Below the pieces are notes generated by a model. That model had not been told where the DNA came from. It did not search any database and saw only the letters and a list, made by a program, of their open reading frames with translations. From positions 1,777-65,776 of the forward strand of contig JBHOSK010000001.1 of assembly GCA_042584825.1 (NCBI GenBank): 64,000 nt of DNA. Reading direction: 5' to 3'. This document shows, in pieces, positions 20,565 to 30,553 of the stretch. Source of the stretch: Candidatus Aenigmatarchaeota archaeon. GTDB lineage: Archaea; Aenigmatarchaeota; Aenigmatarchaeia; GW2011-AR5. The number at the start of each line of letters is the position of its first letter. Position 1 is the stretch's first letter. Made by a program: the position numbers and the translations under genes.

Positions 20565-20663
20565 GCTCCTGTCGTCTAGCCCGGCCCATTGCCGTTTTTG
20601 GCTAAGTCGAAAGGATATGAGCCTTTCGAGCTCAGGACGCGGGTTCGAATCCCGCCGGGAGCA
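20565..20663 (+). tRNA. tRNA-Glu(TTC) with 24-nt non-canonical D-loop intron (20588-20611)
   Basis: Anticodon arm TGAGC-CTTTCGA-GCTCA; BHB with CGGC/GTCG helix and CCA/AAA bulges. Confidence 0.93.
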
Positions 20664-20691
20664 TTATATACATGAAAAAATGATGATTATT

Positions 20692-21495
20692 ATGGATAAG
20701 ATAATAACACTAACCACAGACTTTGGGATACAATCCCAAGGAATAGGTAATATGGAAGGTATAATTTACAAAATAAACCCCAAAGCAAAAGTCATACACC
20801 TTATGCACGGATTACCTAGTTTTGATTTATTCATGGCAGCACGAACAATGGAAACGGTTTTCTACATGCCTCCTGGCTATCATGTTTGTGTTGTTGATCC
20901 TGGTGTTGGTACAAAAAGAAAAGGTATAATAGTAGAAACAAAACGCGGTGATTGTTTTATAGGTCCTGACAATGGATGCTTGATGACAGCACCAAGGTTA
21001 CTTGGTGGGATAAAAAAGATAGTTGAAATTACAAACAAAAAATATATGATAGAGCCAGTGTCACCAATATTTCATGGACGTCACGTATTTTCACCAGCAG
21101 CAGCTTACCTTTCAAAAGGCGTTAAAATAGAAGAATTTGGTAAAGAAATTAATTCTAAAAAATGCGTTGTAGCACCCTATGACGAAGCAACGTTCACTAA
21201 TAAAAAAACAGCAGCAACAATTATCAGCATAAATAAATTTGGTTCTTTTCATCTTAACATACTTTCAACCGAATGGGACAAAATGGGTGTAAAAAAAGGA
21301 GACAAGTTCGAACTAACAATTAATAGACGAACAGTTAAAATACCTTTTTCTGATACATTTGGAGATGTTGGAAGAGGTAAACCATTAATAATGAAAGACG
21401 ACTATGCTAGAACAGAAGTTGCATTAAACCTGGGTCGCTTTGTTGACAACTATCCAGCAACCCCAGGAGATAAAGTAATTATAAGAAAAGTTTGA
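20692..21495 (+). CDS. SAM hydroxide adenosyltransferase (DUF62 family)
   Basis: ITLTTDFG, VVDPGVGT.R, GPDNG, FHGR. Confidence 0.92.
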   Translation: MDKIITLTTDFGIQSQGIGNMEGIIYKINPKAKVIHLMHGLPSFDLFMAARTMETVFYMPPGYHVCVVDPGVGTKRKGIIVETKRGDCFIGPDNGCLMTAPRLLGGIKKIVEITNKKYMIEPVSPIFHGRHVFSPAAAYLSKGVKIEEFGKEINSKKCVVAPYDEATFTNKKTAATIISINKFGSFHLNILSTEWDKMGVKKGDKFELTINRRTVKIPFSDTFGDVGRGKPLIMKDDYARTEVALNLGRFVDNYPATPGDKVIIRKV

Positions 21496-21537
21496 TGTCA
21501 ACGAAATACTTTTATCCTTTTCCCACAAAGTTATTGT

Positions 21538-21720
21538 ATGACAGACGAAGAATCATGTGGATGCAGTTGTGAACACAAAGAAGGAGATAAAGAAGAAACA
21601 AAAGAAACATGCAACTGCTGTGAAAGCTGCACAAACGCACCAGGTTGTACTTGCGGATGCGAAAGTTGCAAATATTGCAAGCCCGCAGAAGAATCAAAAC
21701 CTGAAGAAAAAGCAGAATAA
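21538..21720 (+). CDS. Metallothionein-like Cys-rich protein
   Basis: 60 aa, 12 Cys in CxC/CC/CxxC clusters, acidic linkers, TTTAT box upstream and T-rich tract downstream. Confidence 0.75.
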   Translation: MTDEESCGCSCEHKEGDKEETKETCNCCESCTNAPGCTCGCESCKYCKPAEESKPEEKAE

Positions 21721-21740
21721 ATTAATATTATTTTTTTATT

Positions 21741-22814
21741 TTATTCTTCTTTTTTATCTTTTTCCATTACAACCTTTCTAACAGGCCATGAAATTTCTAT
21801 ACCTTCCTGGTCGTATCTTTTCTTTAGCGCCTTTATGAATTCATGTGTTACAAGATACTTATCAACAAACTTCTCAACACGAAGAATTACAGAAAAATTT
21901 ATGTTTGAATCACCAAACTCATTAAATCTTACAAGTGGTTCATAATCTTTCTTACCACCCGGTACGTTTTGTAAAACAGATTTACCAACCTCTTTTGTTA
22001 TTTTTTCAACTCTATCCAAATCCTCATTATAACCAACACCACAAGAAATAATAACACCCATTTCTTGATGAGGTGAATTATAATCTGTTATAATAGAATT
22101 TGCAAGCGTGGCATTTGGTACAATCACATAATTGTTTGGTAATGTCTTTATTCTAGTTGAGCGCCAACCAATCTCATCTACATAACCCTTTACACCATTA
22201 TCAAGTTCTACAAAATCTCCAACATGCATTACTTTATCTGATATAATGAAAGCGCCCGCAAACAATCCCGATAATGTATCTTGCAAAGCAAGCGCAATTG
22301 CAAGTCCACCAATACCAAGACCCGCAACAAGAGGCGTTATCTCTATTCCAAATGCCCGCAGGATTATCATCAACGCAATAGCAATAACAAATACGTTAAT
22401 GATCTTTTTTATCATAGGCAACAAGGTATCATCCATCTTTGTTTGCGTTTTTTGTGACACCTCTTTAGCATACCATGTAAAAAATGCACCAATAAAACGC
22501 ATTGCAGTATATGCACTAAGCAGTATCCAAATTATTGTAAAACCCAATCTTACGGTATTCATATATGCAGCAAAATAACTCATAAACCCTACAGCAATGA
22601 AAACACCAGCAAGTATTATGCCAATATATATCGGCTTTCTTATTGCATGTAAAATAAGCTCATCTAGTATAGTTTTTGTCTTTGACGTTACATGAAGCAC
22701 AGCCCGTGAAAAAACAACCATGAATATCTTTGCAATTATCACAGAGCCTATGATAATCATAGCTGCAAGAATGAACTCACCATAAGGAAGAGCCGTTATT
22801 ACTTCTAATACCAT
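21741..22814 (-). CDS. mscS: Small-conductance mechanosensitive channel
   Basis: GLGIGGLAIALALQD, VGDFV, IGWRST, GIEISWP. Confidence 0.93.
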   Translation of the reverse strand: MVLEVITALPYGEFILAAMIIIGSVIIAKIFMVVFSRAVLHVTSKTKTILDELILHAIRKPIYIGIILAGVFIAVGFMSYFAAYMNTVRLGFTIIWILLSAYTAMRFIGAFFTWYAKEVSQKTQTKMDDTLLPMIKKIINVFVIAIALMIILRAFGIEITPLVAGLGIGGLAIALALQDTLSGLFAGAFIISDKVMHVGDFVELDNGVKGYVDEIGWRSTRIKTLPNNYVIVPNATLANSIITDYNSPHQEMGVIISCGVGYNEDLDRVEKITKEVGKSVLQNVPGGKKDYEPLVRFNEFGDSNINFSVILRVEKFVDKYLVTHEFIKALKKRYDQEGIEISWPVRKVVMEKDKKEE

Positions 22815-22915
22815 ATTAATGTATTATAAGAGCATTTTTTAATTCTTTCCTAACCAACAAATAGTAAATTCATCCTAAAACAATCTTTATATAAATTACC
22901 TCTTAACTATATTTA

Positions 22916-22941
22916 GAACTTTTAATGATTATTAAAAGTTC
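22916..22941. promoter_or_regulatory. Perfect 11-bp inverted repeat, candidate operator
   Basis: GAACTTTTAAT-gatt-ATTAAAAGTTC downstream of TTTATATA (about 22886) and upstream of the radical SAM start. Confidence 0.65.
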
Positions 22942-22975
22942 GTGTATGAGATATTTAGTATCCAGGTGATTAAAA

Positions 22976-24832
22976 ATGACAACAGCTTATCCGCAGGCAG
23001 AACCAAAATCTCTTGATGAGTTTGAATCTGTAGCAACATCTCCCCATGTTAAAGATTTTTCGTTAGAGCGCAAACAGAGTTTAATTGATTTAGTCAAAAA
23101 CCAAGGAGATAGTATAAAATTATTGAAATTCCATCAAAGCATATGTCCTGGTTGTGTTGAAGAATCAAATTTTAATGAGATGAAAATAGATGCACTTACC
23201 TACGCAAAAAACGATAAAGTTTGGCAAATTAAAAAATGTAACAAACACGGTGTTTTCAAGGAAGTTTCATGGTCAAGTTTTGAAATATACAAAAGAGCTG
23301 AACAGTATCAGGATCCTGGCGTAACGATTGAAAATCCGAAAATCAATAAGAAGGACATAAATTGTCCTGCTGATTGTGGTCTTTGTAATGAACACGAATC
23401 TCACACAAATCTTGGAAATATTGTTGTTACAAACAGATGTGATTTAAGTTGCTGGTATTGTTTCTTTTATGCAAAGAAAAACGATCCAATATATGAACCA
23501 TCAATGGATCAATTAAAAGCAATGTTAAAAAATATGCGTGATACAAAACCAATTGGAGCAAATTCCGTCCAGTTTACTGGTGGTGAACCAACATTAAGAG
23601 AAGATATAGTTGAAATAGTAAAAGCCGCCAAAGATTTGGGTTATAGTCATATACAACTCAATACAAATGGAATAAACCTTGCAAAATCACCCGAACTTTG
23701 CAAAAATCTAAAAGAAGCGGGTGTAAGCAACCTTTACTTGAGTTTTGATGGTGTAACAGTACAAACAAACCCAAAAAATTATTGGGAAGCACCAAAAGCA
23801 ATAGAAAATTGTCACAAAGCTGGTATTGGTGTTGTTTTGGTTCCAACAGTAATTGGTGGAATAAATGATCATGAAATAGGAGATATTCTAAGGTTTGCTG
23901 CAGGAAACATCCATGCAGTAAGATCTGTTAATTACCAACCAGTGTCTTTGGTAGGACAAATGCCAGATAAAATGAGAAGAAAACAAAGAATTACAATTCC
24001 AACCACAATGAAAAGAATAGAAGAACAAACAGATGGACAACTAACAAAAGACGACTTCTTCCCTATTCCATGCGCAAAGAATGTTACAAATTTTGTAGAA
24101 ATTATGAAAAACAAACCAAAATATCGTTTATCAACACATTTCCAGTGCGGAATGGCAACCTATGTTTTCAAAGAAGGTGATAAGCTAATACCACTGCCAC
24201 AATTTTTTGATGTACAAGGATTTTTTGAATATCTTGGAAACCTAACAGAAGGAGTAAAACAATCAGGAAAATTGAAAAAATATTGGTCAGTGATGAAACT
24301 AATGAAAAAAATTGGTTCTTTTGTAGATGATGATAAAAAACCAAAAGATCTAAAATTCTCAAAAATATTAGCAGGAGTTATTGGTGGTGGGGATTATCAC
24401 GGTCTTGCAGAATTCCATCAAAAATCATTATTCGTAGGAATGATGCATTTTCAGGATCCATACAACTGGGATATTGATAGAGTACATAAATGCAGTATTC
24501 ATTATGCAACACCCGACGGATCTATTTTACCATTCTGTACATTCAACGTTATACCCGAATTATATAGAGATAAAATACAAAGAGCTTTTTCCATATCACA
24601 AGAAGAATGGGAAAACAAAACAGGCAAGAAGTTGGCTGATGATGCTCATAAGAGAAATTACACACCAGATCAGATAAAAGAAATAGATGAAAATTATGCA
24701 AGATTTAGAAGACCTGCAGACAAAGCAACACTCGAAGACGAATGGGGAAATGAAGAAGGAACAGAAAATACAATGTCATCTGAAAATGGTTCAAAACCAA
24801 AACACCCAGCAGGCGGTTGTGGAAGCTGTTAA
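22976..24832 (+). CDS. tes: Radical SAM protein, tetraether lipid synthase (Tes/MJ0619) family
   Basis: CxxC...CxxH N-terminal site, CPxDCGLC, CxxxCxxC, MHFQD, CSIHYATPDG..LPFC. Confidence 0.85.
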   Translation: MTTAYPQAEPKSLDEFESVATSPHVKDFSLERKQSLIDLVKNQGDSIKLLKFHQSICPGCVEESNFNEMKIDALTYAKNDKVWQIKKCNKHGVFKEVSWSSFEIYKRAEQYQDPGVTIENPKINKKDINCPADCGLCNEHESHTNLGNIVVTNRCDLSCWYCFFYAKKNDPIYEPSMDQLKAMLKNMRDTKPIGANSVQFTGGEPTLREDIVEIVKAAKDLGYSHIQLNTNGINLAKSPELCKNLKEAGVSNLYLSFDGVTVQTNPKNYWEAPKAIENCHKAGIGVVLVPTVIGGINDHEIGDILRFAAGNIHAVRSVNYQPVSLVGQMPDKMRRKQRITIPTTMKRIEEQTDGQLTKDDFFPIPCAKNVTNFVEIMKNKPKYRLSTHFQCGMATYVFKEGDKLIPLPQFFDVQGFFEYLGNLTEGVKQSGKLKKYWSVMKLMKKIGSFVDDDKKPKDLKFSKILAGVIGGGDYHGLAEFHQKSLFVGMMHFQDPYNWDIDRVHKCSIHYATPDGSILPFCTFNVIPELYRDKIQRAFSISQEEWENKTGKKLADDAHKRNYTPDQIKEIDENYARFRRPADKATLEDEWGNEEGTENTMSSENGSKPKHPAGGCGSC

Positions 24833-24841
24833 TATTCTAAT

Positions 24842-25318
24842 TTATGGTAAACTTATTTCAGATAACATATCCAAATAATTTCCCAAACGTTTCACTTCTT
24901 TTTCAAGAATTTCTATCTTTTTCGTTAATCTTTCTTTTTCTTCTGTTTTCAGAGTATCAAGCTTTTTTCTACTATTTTGGAAATCAGATAAAGAAACCTC
25001 TATACTTTTTTTGACTTTGATTATTATCGCATTTTTCAATGCTTCTAAAAGATCTCCATATAGTTCTACATACAGTTTTCTGTCACCCGTTTTTTTCACT
25101 CTTTTTATTGTACCCAAAACCTCCAATAAATCCAAAGAAAGTGAAATCATTGATATAGAATAACCGGTTTCAGTGGCTATCTCCTGTAATGACATAGGCC
25201 TATCTTTAACGAGTAAAGCGCCAATTATACCACCATGTAATGGCGAATAGCCCAACGCATTTGCAACATCAGAAAATGTAGAAAAGATTTTTTTTTCAAT
25301 ATCTTTTTCAGCAGACAT
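24842..25318 (-). CDS. GbsR/MarR-type winged-HTH regulator
   Basis: PMSLQEIATETGYSISMISLSL...GDRKLY. Confidence 0.85.
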   Translation of the reverse strand: MSAEKDIEKKIFSTFSDVANALGYSPLHGGIIGALLVKDRPMSLQEIATETGYSISMISLSLDLLEVLGTIKRVKKTGDRKLYVELYGDLLEALKNAIIIKVKKSIEVSLSDFQNSRKKLDTLKTEEKERLTKKIEILEKEVKRLGNYLDMLSEISLP

Positions 25319-25386
25319 ATTTTTTAATAATTAATAACATTTAAATAAGTTAGGAATTATTTTATTTGAACAAAACCGGTGATTAT

Positions 25387-25614
25387 ATGACAGAACCAAT
25401 CAAAAAGGACATGAAAATAGGAGACATTGTTAGTAAATATCCAGAAGCAGCAATAGTGCTTTCAGCACACGGATTACACTGTATTGGATGTCATGTAAGC
25501 CAATATGAAACATTAGAAGAGGGGTGTCTCGCACACGGAATAAGCAATGAAGACATCGATAAAATGATAAACGAACTTAATGAATATTTATCAAAAAGAG
25601 ACCAGGTGATATAA
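25387..25614 (+). CDS. DUF1858 domain protein
   Basis: GLHCIGC...ETLEEG..AHG. Confidence 0.88.
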   Translation: MTEPIKKDMKIGDIVSKYPEAAIVLSAHGLHCIGCHVSQYETLEEGCLAHGISNEDIDKMINELNEYLSKRDQVI

Positions 25615-25874
25615 TGGCTAAATTTAAAATACAGCACGATAGACCAAATTGTATTGGTTGCGGTGCATGCACAGCGGTTGCACCAGACCTTTGGAAAATG
25701 AATGATTCAGACGGTAAATCAGATTTAATAGGATCAAAAGACATCGAAAAAGACGGAAACAAAACACAAGAGCTCGATTTGGACGATATTGGTAAAAACA
25801 AAGAAGCTGCTGATTGTTGTCCTGTAAATGTCATTCACATTACAGACTTAGAAAATAACAAAAAAATAATTTAA
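25614..25874 (+). CDS. Single-cluster ferredoxin
   Basis: CIGCGAC...CCPVNVI. Confidence 0.9.
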   Translation: MAKFKIQHDRPNCIGCGACTAVAPDLWKMNDSDGKSDLIGSKDIEKDGNKTQELDLDDIGKNKEAADCCPVNVIHITDLENNKKII

Positions 25875-25991
25875 TTTTTACTGAATTAATGAAAATACGA
25901 ATTCTATGAGATCTAGCAATAAAAAAGACTTAAATACCTTATGTGACAAGTCGATTATAACATAGTCTCAAATATCAGAACGGTGACCAAT

Positions 25992-26603
25992 ATGAAAATA
26001 TTAGCAGCATCAGATGTCGAAGGAGATACGCGAGCTGTTAAAAAGCTCGCAGAAAAAGCGGAAAAAGAAAACGTAGATTTAGTGCTACTTTGTGGAGATA
26101 TAACAGATTTTGATATGAACACAGAGGGTATGATTGGTCCATTTTTAGAAAAAAACAAAAAAGTAGCATTTGTATCAGGAAATCATGATATGCCAGCAGC
26201 AACAGAGTTCTTGACCGAAAAATACAAAATACCCAACATACAGTATCACGCATTTAAGATTGATAATGTTGGATTTTTTGGTTGTGGTGGTGTAAATGTA
26301 AACTTAGGGTTTAATGTTATGGACGATGAAACAATGTTTAACTATATAAAAAGAGGATTCACGTATATTGAAGATGCTGAAAAAAAAATTCTGGTCACAC
26401 ATTTACACTCAGCAGATTCAACAGCAGATAAAGAATTTTTCATTGAAGGTAGTGGTGGTAAAGGTATAAAAGCAGCCATCGATGTGTTTAAGCCAGATAT
26501 ACATCTATCAGGACATATGCACGAGTTTGAAGGTGCAGTAGATTATATTGGAAAAACAAAATTGATGTCTGTCGGTAAGAACGGAACTATATTTGAAATA
26601 TAA
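25992..26603 (+). CDS. Metallophosphoesterase (Icc-like)
   Basis: SD.E, CGD, GNHD, GHMHE. Confidence 0.9.
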   Translation: MKILAASDVEGDTRAVKKLAEKAEKENVDLVLLCGDITDFDMNTEGMIGPFLEKNKKVAFVSGNHDMPAATEFLTEKYKIPNIQYHAFKIDNVGFFGCGGVNVNLGFNVMDDETMFNYIKRGFTYIEDAEKKILVTHLHSADSTADKEFFIEGSGGKGIKAAIDVFKPDIHLSGHMHEFEGAVDYIGKTKLMSVGKNGTIFEI

Positions 26604-26625
26604 ATTATGTATTGGGGTCTATAAT

Positions 26626-27468
26626 ATGTTATTAGAAATGCATGCACACACAACTTATTCGAGAAGAATGAAAGTTAAATACGATGGAGTTTCTACACCC
26701 GAAGAGATTATTAAGGCTGCGAAAGCAGCAAACCTTGATGCGATCACAATAACAGATCATAACACAATGTACGGTTATCAGAAAGCCAAAAAATATGGGA
26801 AAAAATATGGTGTAAAGGTTTTTCCTGGTGAGGAAATATCTTCTATCGATGGCCATGTTATTGGTTTTGGAATAAATCAACAAATTCGTGCTGGTATGAC
26901 TGCAGAAGAAACAATTGATAAGATACATAATCAAGGCGGAATTGCAATAGCAGTTCACCCATTTGATCTACACAACAAGGGAATAAAAGAAAAAGCATTG
27001 AAATGTGATGCTACGGAAATGTTCAATGCAATAAATATAGAAAGACTTTCGAATATAAAAGCAAGACGTTTTATTATGAAAAACAAGCTGCCATATACAG
27101 CAGGAAGTGATGCGCATTCTGCAGAAATGGTTGGTCGTGCAGTTAATGATCTTGACACAACATCCATCGATTCTGTTATAAGAAGCATAAAGAAAAGAAA
27201 GAACAAACTACACACAAGATACCACCCAGCCATGACAATTAGAAATTGGGCAATAAGAAGAGTTGTTTTATCAGACGATCATATTAAACGATATATAGAA
27301 AATAACTATAGCGGTGCTAAAAAACACGTAAGTAACAAGATGTTATCAATAACAAGATTTGGCAATGATATGGATAAGCTTTTCAGTACATTAACATACT
27401 TCAGTTTTTATAGCGCAATATTATACGGACTTTTTAAAGAAACAAAAAACTTTTTGAATCCAAGATAA
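26626..27468 (+). CDS. PHP-domain phosphoesterase
   Basis: HAHT, TDHN, HPF, GSDAH. Confidence 0.9.
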   Translation: MLLEMHAHTTYSRRMKVKYDGVSTPEEIIKAAKAANLDAITITDHNTMYGYQKAKKYGKKYGVKVFPGEEISSIDGHVIGFGINQQIRAGMTAEETIDKIHNQGGIAIAVHPFDLHNKGIKEKALKCDATEMFNAINIERLSNIKARRFIMKNKLPYTAGSDAHSAEMVGRAVNDLDTTSIDSVIRSIKKRKNKLHTRYHPAMTIRNWAIRRVVLSDDHIKRYIENNYSGAKKHVSNKMLSITRFGNDMDKLFSTLTYFSFYSAILYGLFKETKNFLNPR

Positions 27469-27525
27469 ACCTTTTTAAGCTTTAGAACAAAATAAATTTT
27501 AATCATTAATTTTAAGGGTGATATT

Positions 27526-28128
27526 ATGACAGAAAAACTTCCAGAATTACCTTATTCATACGATGCATTGGAACCTTACATAGACGAAGAAACAATGAAA
27601 ACACACCACTCAAAACACCACCAAACATATGTGAACAATTTTAATGCAGCAGTTGAAGGCACAGAGCTATCTGGTAAATCAGTCGAAGAAATCTTGAAAG
27701 ACATTAACAGCATTCCTGAAAAAATAAGAACATTAGTAGTGAATCATGGTGGAGGTCACGCAAACCATAAGTTTTTTTGGTCAATTCTAAAAAAAGATGC
27801 GGAACCCGAAGGAGAAATACTAATAGCAATTGAAAAAAAATTTGGAAACTACGATTCATTCAAGGAACAGTTCTCAAATGCAGCAACAAAACTATTTGGT
27901 AGCGGTTGGGCATGGCTTGTGGTTAATAATGGTGAACTAGAAATAGTACAAACACTAAATCAAGCAACCCCAATAAGTGAAGGAAAAACACCACTGATAA
28001 CAATTGATGTTTGGGAGCATGCATATTATCTGAAATATAAGAACAAAAGACCAGATTATGTTAGTGCATTCTTCAATATTATCGATTGGAATAAGGTAAA
28101 TGAGTTGTATTTAGAAGCAATTAAGTGA
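27526..28128 (+). CDS. sod: Fe/Mn superoxide dismutase
   Basis: [18 protein letters not shown]. Confidence 0.97.
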   Translation: MTEKLPELPYSYDALEPYIDEETMKTHHSKHHQTYVNNFNAAVEGTELSGKSVEEILKDINSIPEKIRTLVVNHGGGHANHKFFWSILKKDAEPEGEILIAIEKKFGNYDSFKEQFSNAATKLFGSGWAWLVVNNGELEIVQTLNQATPISEGKTPLITIDVWEHAYYLKYKNKRPDYVSAFFNIIDWNKVNELYLEAIK

Positions 28129-28211
28129 TTCTAAGAGTAAGATGAATAGATAGAGCCATATTCCTAGAAAAGACAAAAAATTTATTTAAACAAAGAAAAT
28201 AAATCAATAAC

Positions 28212-28649
28212 ATGGCAAAGCTCTTTACTATAGAAGAAGCAGCAGAAAAAATACCCAGAATTACTGAAATATTCAATGAAATGTATGATAATAGAGAAAA
28301 ACTATTCATAGTAAAGAAAGAAATAAAATGGCTTAAAAAATTCTGGGGAGCAGAGCTTAATGAATATAATCCAGACAAAGAAAAAATATCTATGCTAAGA
28401 GATATCGCAACCGACGTATCAGGTCAAATACTTGAAAATATAAAAGAATTGGAATGTATAGGATGTGTTATAGAAGATCTTGAAAAAGGAATAATAAATT
28501 TCTATCACAATCAGAAAGAAGAGCTAGTATTCCTATGCTGGTCTTATGGTGAAAATGGTATAAACCATTGGCACACACTAAATGAAAGATTTGAGAGACG
28601 AAAACCCATAAAAGATCTGATAAAAAAATTTAAAATCCCAAGAGGATAA
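28212..28649 (+). CDS. DUF2203 family protein
   Basis: FTIEEA, DLEKGIINF, VFLCW.YGE..I.HWH. Confidence 0.85.
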   Translation: MAKLFTIEEAAEKIPRITEIFNEMYDNREKLFIVKKEIKWLKKFWGAELNEYNPDKEKISMLRDIATDVSGQILENIKELECIGCVIEDLEKGIINFYHNQKEELVFLCWSYGENGINHWHTLNERFERRKPIKDLIKKFKIPRG

Positions 28650-28667
28650 TTAATAGAGGTGTTATTT

Positions 28668-30131
28668 ATGAAAGTACATATAAATTCAAAAAAACCACAC
28701 ACATTTTCTACCGAATTGCTAACTATTGCTGTATACGAAAAGGAGATTAATAAAGAAACATTAAACATAGATAAAATGCTACACGGCACTATAACAAAAA
28801 TAATCAAAACAAAAAAATTCAAAGGAGAGTTCTGTGAAAGCTATATCATTACTACACACGGAAAACTAATGGCAGAATCTATACTATTATTAGGTTTAGG
28901 GAAAAGAAAAGAATTCGATAATGATAAATTGAGAAAAATAGCCGCCATTTCTGTCAAGACTGCAAAATCAAAAAACTCTAAGACAATGGGATTTTTTATA
29001 TCGGATCTAGATGAAAATAAAGCGCAAGCAATAACAGAAGGAGCGTTATTGGGAAATTACCAATTCACAAAATTTAAAACAATTGACAAAGAAAAAATAA
29101 AAAAAGTAGATTCTTTTACAATAGTATCAAGTAAAAGTGGAGCAGAAAAAGGAGTAGAAACAGGAAAAATAATTTCTGAATCTGTTAACTATACACGTAA
29201 TTTGGTTAACATGCCACCATCACGTCTTACTCCAAAAGAATTTCTTAAAGAAGCAAAAAAAATTGCGCACGAAGGCAAACTTAAAATAAAAATAATTGAC
29301 AAAAATGAAATGAAAAAATTAGGAATGAATTGTTTTCTAGCCGTTTCCCGCGGAAGTTCAGAAGAACCATACCTTGTTATACTCGAATACAACGGTGGCA
29401 AAAAAAAGGTTGCATTAGCAGGCAAAGGGATTACATTTGATTCAGGCGGTCTTAATCTAAAACCAACCGGTTATATGATTGACATGAAATCGGACATGGG
29501 CGGAGCAGCAACAGTTTTAGGAACAATGAAAACTATAGCAAAACTGAAACCAAAACTCCACGTTATTGGCGCAATGGCATTATCAGAGAATATGCCTGGA
29601 CAAAGCGCTATCAAACCAGGTGATGTTGTGAAATCATATAATGGAAAAACAGTTGAAATTAATAATACAGATGCAGAGGGGCGTTTAGTATTGTCTGATA
29701 CACTATCATACACAGAAAGGCAATACAACCCAGATGCAATAATAGATCTCGCAACACTTACAGGCGCTTGTGTTGTTGCACTTGGAAATATAGCGGCCGG
29801 TTTAATGGGGAGTGATGAAAAATTAATTAAAAAAATAAAATCAGCCAGCAAAATAACATCCGAAAAAGTATGGCAACTTCCTTTATGGGTCGAATACAAA
29901 GAGCTCATAAAAGGTACAATAGGGGATATTGTAAACGCCTCTAGATCAAGATCTATGGGACCAGGAACAATAACCGCAGCAGCGTTCCTGAATAATTTTG
30001 TAGAAAAAACACCATGGGCACATCTTGATATTGCAGGAACAGCATTTATTCCAGAAGAAAGAGAATACGAAGGTAAAGATGCAACGGGCTGGGGCGTCCG
30101 TTTACTAACACAGCTTATTCTAGACTGGTAA
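28668..30131 (+). CDS. pepA: Leucyl aminopeptidase (M17)
   Basis: GKGITFDSGG, MKSDMGG, NTDAEGRL. Confidence 0.96.
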   Translation: MKVHINSKKPHTFSTELLTIAVYEKEINKETLNIDKMLHGTITKIIKTKKFKGEFCESYIITTHGKLMAESILLLGLGKRKEFDNDKLRKIAAISVKTAKSKNSKTMGFFISDLDENKAQAITEGALLGNYQFTKFKTIDKEKIKKVDSFTIVSSKSGAEKGVETGKIISESVNYTRNLVNMPPSRLTPKEFLKEAKKIAHEGKLKIKIIDKNEMKKLGMNCFLAVSRGSSEEPYLVILEYNGGKKKVALAGKGITFDSGGLNLKPTGYMIDMKSDMGGAATVLGTMKTIAKLKPKLHVIGAMALSENMPGQSAIKPGDVVKSYNGKTVEINNTDAEGRLVLSDTLSYTERQYNPDAIIDLATLTGACVVALGNIAAGLMGSDEKLIKKIKSASKITSEKVWQLPLWVEYKELIKGTIGDIVNASRSRSMGPGTITAAAFLNNFVEKTPWAHLDIAGTAFIPEEREYEGKDATGWGVRLLTQLILDW

Positions 30132-30170
30132 TAAAAAAGTTTAAATAGGTAACTATGTATAATAGCAGAT

Positions 30171-30521
30171 ATGTCTATCAGTCGACACATATTAGGTAAA
30201 AAAGCTACTTCAGAAATAGAACTTGGAATGCTGCAAATGCAGATTCTTTGGTTACTAAACAGAACACCCGTACATGGATATAGCTTAATGAAAGATTTGA
30301 GTAAAATAAAAAATAAAAAAATCACATCAGGTACACTTTATCCAACGCTTCAAAAATTACTCGATATGAGATATATTGAAAAGAAAAATAAGAAGGGAAA
30401 AATTGTTTACAATACTACAAAGAAAGGAAACAAGGCAATGAAAGATGCATGTAGTGATTTTTGTAAAACATTCCACGGAATTTACCAGGATTTCGTTTGT
30501 AGATCTTGTAAGAAAGAATGA
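30171..30521 (+). CDS. PadR family regulator
   Basis: HGYSL...GTLYPTL. Confidence 0.88.
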   Translation: MSISRHILGKKATSEIELGMLQMQILWLLNRTPVHGYSLMKDLSKIKNKKITSGTLYPTLQKLLDMRYIEKKNKKGKIVYNTTKKGNKAMKDACSDFCKTFHGIYQDFVCRSCKKE

Positions 30522-30553
30522 AGTACGGAGTACTCCAATTTGAGATGATTATT

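Noticed and set aside
18779..20691. ORF-track starts at 18779 and 20617
   Set aside because: They overlap tRNA-Val and tRNA-Glu; downstream ATGs at 18794 and 20692 are preferred.
29471..30325. Long antisense ORFs such as the 284-aa one opposite pepA and those opposite ths, iscS, sufS and GH15
   Set aside because: They mirror well-supported sense genes and lack motifs.
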